NCBI GenBank assembly: GCA_002269645.1
Contig: NIVC01001936.1
Location: 1-64,000 of the forward strand
Source of the DNA: Macrostomum lignano
Taxonomy: Eukaryota
Direction of reading: 5' to 3'
Length of the DNA: 64,000 bases
Every line of letters begins with the position of its first letter. Position 1 is the first letter of the stretch. This document shows positions 61,766 through 64,000 of the stretch, one piece after another. Below the pieces are notes generated by a model that saw only the letters and a program-made list of their open reading frames with translations, was not told where the DNA came from and did no database searches. Made by a program: the position numbers and the translations under genes.

Positions 61766-62744
61766 CTTACCTGTCTGACCTGTAAAACACGCAGTATACT
61801 ACTTAAGGAGATACTTTTGTTTTCCAATTTTTACCTGCAAAACTTTTGATCAGCGGAGCCCCAGAGAGACTAATGGGGTGCCAATATCGAGGCGTAAAGA
61901 TCTGGAGGTTAAAGCAACATGGCATTCCGCATGGTAATTCTACACTCCCTTCCTTTTTTAGTATCCCGGCAGAAAAACAACAACAGCTCTGGAGCCTCCC
62001 TGATCGCTTTCTTGAATTCCGATTTTTTCTCGGAGAAAAAGCAAGATGCCCCTCTTATTTATTTAACAGACTGGCTCGTGATAGACTGAACACTACAGTA
62101 GATTAGTAATTGCCTTTCATCCCTTTTTCATCTAGTTCTCCCAAACCCTGTACATAACGCTTGCAAAGAGAAAGGCAAAAATCGAAGAAACAATAATTTT
62201 TTACTATTTGATAAAAGGGATCTTTGCGAGTTAAAACTTGAAATTGGTATTTTGCCACTGTTGGTTTAAAGTTTTTGAGCCGATTGTAATTGAGCAAGTG
62301 GCTAATTTCTATATACTAATTTTGCGCTATATTCATGCGTATATGCGTGTAATTGATTTTTTCGAGAATGGCTCAACCGATTCTCTTCAAACTTGCACCA
62401 TTCGATCAGAAATTTTCCTGGGATGGTGCATGCATCTTGGCTAAGAAATTGCTCAATTTTAAAGGGATTAAATATTCGAAAAAAATGATTTTCTGCAAAG
62501 GTCAAGCAGCTCTTTCGACCTGAAATGCATTGTAAGAATGCTAGAGAAAAACCTGACTGACTGAATTTCAATTCTGATAAAGATTGCATCACAGCAAGTT
62601 GAAAAGAGTGCCAAACAAATGCACACACAACTTGATTTAAATTGCGTAACCATATTGCTTACTTAAATTGACACTGATACTGGCTGACTGAGAAATTGAT
62701 TATGTCATAACTTTTTACTCTAACCGATTTGCTATAAGAATTGA

Positions 62745-63030
62745 ATGTCGAACATTAAAGAGCCACCATGTCGAGCATTAAAGAGCCACCATGGTGAACA
62801 TTAAAAAGCCATCATTACAGACATTAAGGTGCCACCAGGTCAAACATTAAAGAGCCACCATGTCGAACATAAAAGAGCCACTATGTCGAACATAAAAGAG
62901 CCACCATGTCAAGCGTATAAGTGACTCCATGTCAGACATTAAAGAGCCATCATTGCAGACATTAAAGTGCCACCAGGTCAAACATTAAAAAGCCACCATG
63001 TCAAACACAAAACAGCTACCATGTCAAACA
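62745..63030. repeat. 23-bp degenerate repeat (CATTAAAGAGCCACCATGTCGAA)
   Basis: Read directly from the sequence. Confidence 0.85.
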
Positions 63031-63039
63031 TAAATGGGG

Positions 63040-63500
63040 TGCCTACTATCTTGGAGTGCTTGCTATCTGGAGATGCCTACTATCTTGGAGTGCTTGCTAT
63101 CTGGGGGTGCTTGCTATCTGGGGGTGCTTGCTATCTGGGGGTGCTTGCTATCTGGGGGTGCTTGCTATCTGGGGGTGCTTGCTATCTAAGGGTGCTTGCT
63201 ATTAGGTGGATGCTTGCTATCTTGGGGTGCTTGCTATTAGGTGGATGCTTGCTATCTGGGGTGCCTGCTATCTTGGAGTGCTTGCTATCTGGAGATGCGT
63301 GCTATCTGGGGGTGCTTGCTATCTGGGGGTGCTTGCTATCTAAGGGTGCTTGCTATTATGTGGATGCTTACTATCTTGGGGTGCTTGCTATTAGGTGGAT
63401 GCTTGCTATCTGGGGTGCCTGCTATCTTGGAGTGCTTGCTATCTGGGGGTGCTTGCTATCTGGGGGTGCTTGCTATCTGGGGGGTTGCTTGCTGTCCTGG
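63040..63500. repeat. ~17-bp degenerate repeat (GGGGGTGCTTGCTATCT)
   Basis: Read directly from the sequence. Confidence 0.9.
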
Positions 63501-63709
63501 GATGTTTTCTTTTTGCATTGAACTTCATTTGAGCAGTTTTTCTGTTGTCTATGTGAAGGCTTTATTTGGCCGTCTTTTGTTACTTGTAGAGAGCCAGAGA
63601 TTCTATCTAGATGCCCCCCATAGGGGGGCGAAGATTGCTAGTAAATCCTATTCCTAACGCTGTTTCTTGTCATGCTTTTATCAACATAGATGTATCATTT
63701 CTCATCCAA

Positions 63710-63892
63710 TAGGAATCGATAATATCTCAGCCAATTGGAATCGAGAATATCTCAGCCAATAGGAATCGAGAATATCTCAGCCAATAGGAATCGATCATGC
63801 TTTAGCCAATAGGAATCGATCATGCTTTAGCCAATAGGAATCGATAATATCTCAGCCAATAGGAATCGATAATATCTCAGCCAATAGGAATC
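63710..63892. repeat. 25-bp repeat (AGCCAATAGGAATCGATAATATCTC)
   Basis: About 7 copies, each containing CCAAT. Confidence 0.85.
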
Positions 63893-64000
63893 AAGTGCTG
63901 GCACTTTCGCAGCAAATAAGAAAGTCTTAAGCAAAACTAGCTAAAAACACTCACATCGTTCACCAACAGTAGATTCTCAAGCGAGCGCAGACTCTCCTGC

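Noticed and set aside
58340-62100. Upstream DH-domain exons of ARHGEF17 (candidates near 58660-58556, 58390-58341 and 62090-61835)
   Set aside because: Donor-like sites and weak similarity (KQLSQECN) exist, but I could not build a stop-free, in-phase model.

Overview
Eukaryotic (metazoan) genomic DNA: GC-rich exons separated by introns and 3' flanks filled with unrelated tandem repeats. The style is most consistent with a Macrostomum-like flatworm; this is an inference. Most long ORFs in the supplied track are artefacts of these repeats. Manual splicing recovers IFT70/TTC30 (8 exons, -), an HDNR-motif TEX36-like gene (-), RPAP3 (3 exons, +), TMEM41B (+), TNFAIP8 (+, ATG probably split by an intron), a 4-exon orphan gene with duplicated exons (+), the PH and beta-propeller half of ARHGEF17 (-) and the TM1-TM5 exon of a class A GPCR (-). 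The main candidate for novelty is a near-intact two-ORF Penelope-like retroelement (Neptune-like, about 6.9-13.5 kb, -). Its ORF1 carries a degenerate SGNH-esterase-like domain. A single in-frame UGA, flanked by an A_AAA_AAC heptamer and a GC hairpin, separates ORF1 from ORF2. Its GIY-YIG endonuclease appears to sit inside the RT-thumb linker rather than after it. Other signals: a sharply bounded 3.6-kb CpG-void block upstream of RPAP3, arrays that start at or copy splice sites (including about 150 copies of CTAACAG|GTAGGT), and operon-like RPAP3-TMEM41B spacing. Three 1-bp deletions in short base runs (PLE ORF2, orphan gene, ARHGEF17) are probably assembly errors. No CRISPR array, rRNA or genuine tRNA was found.
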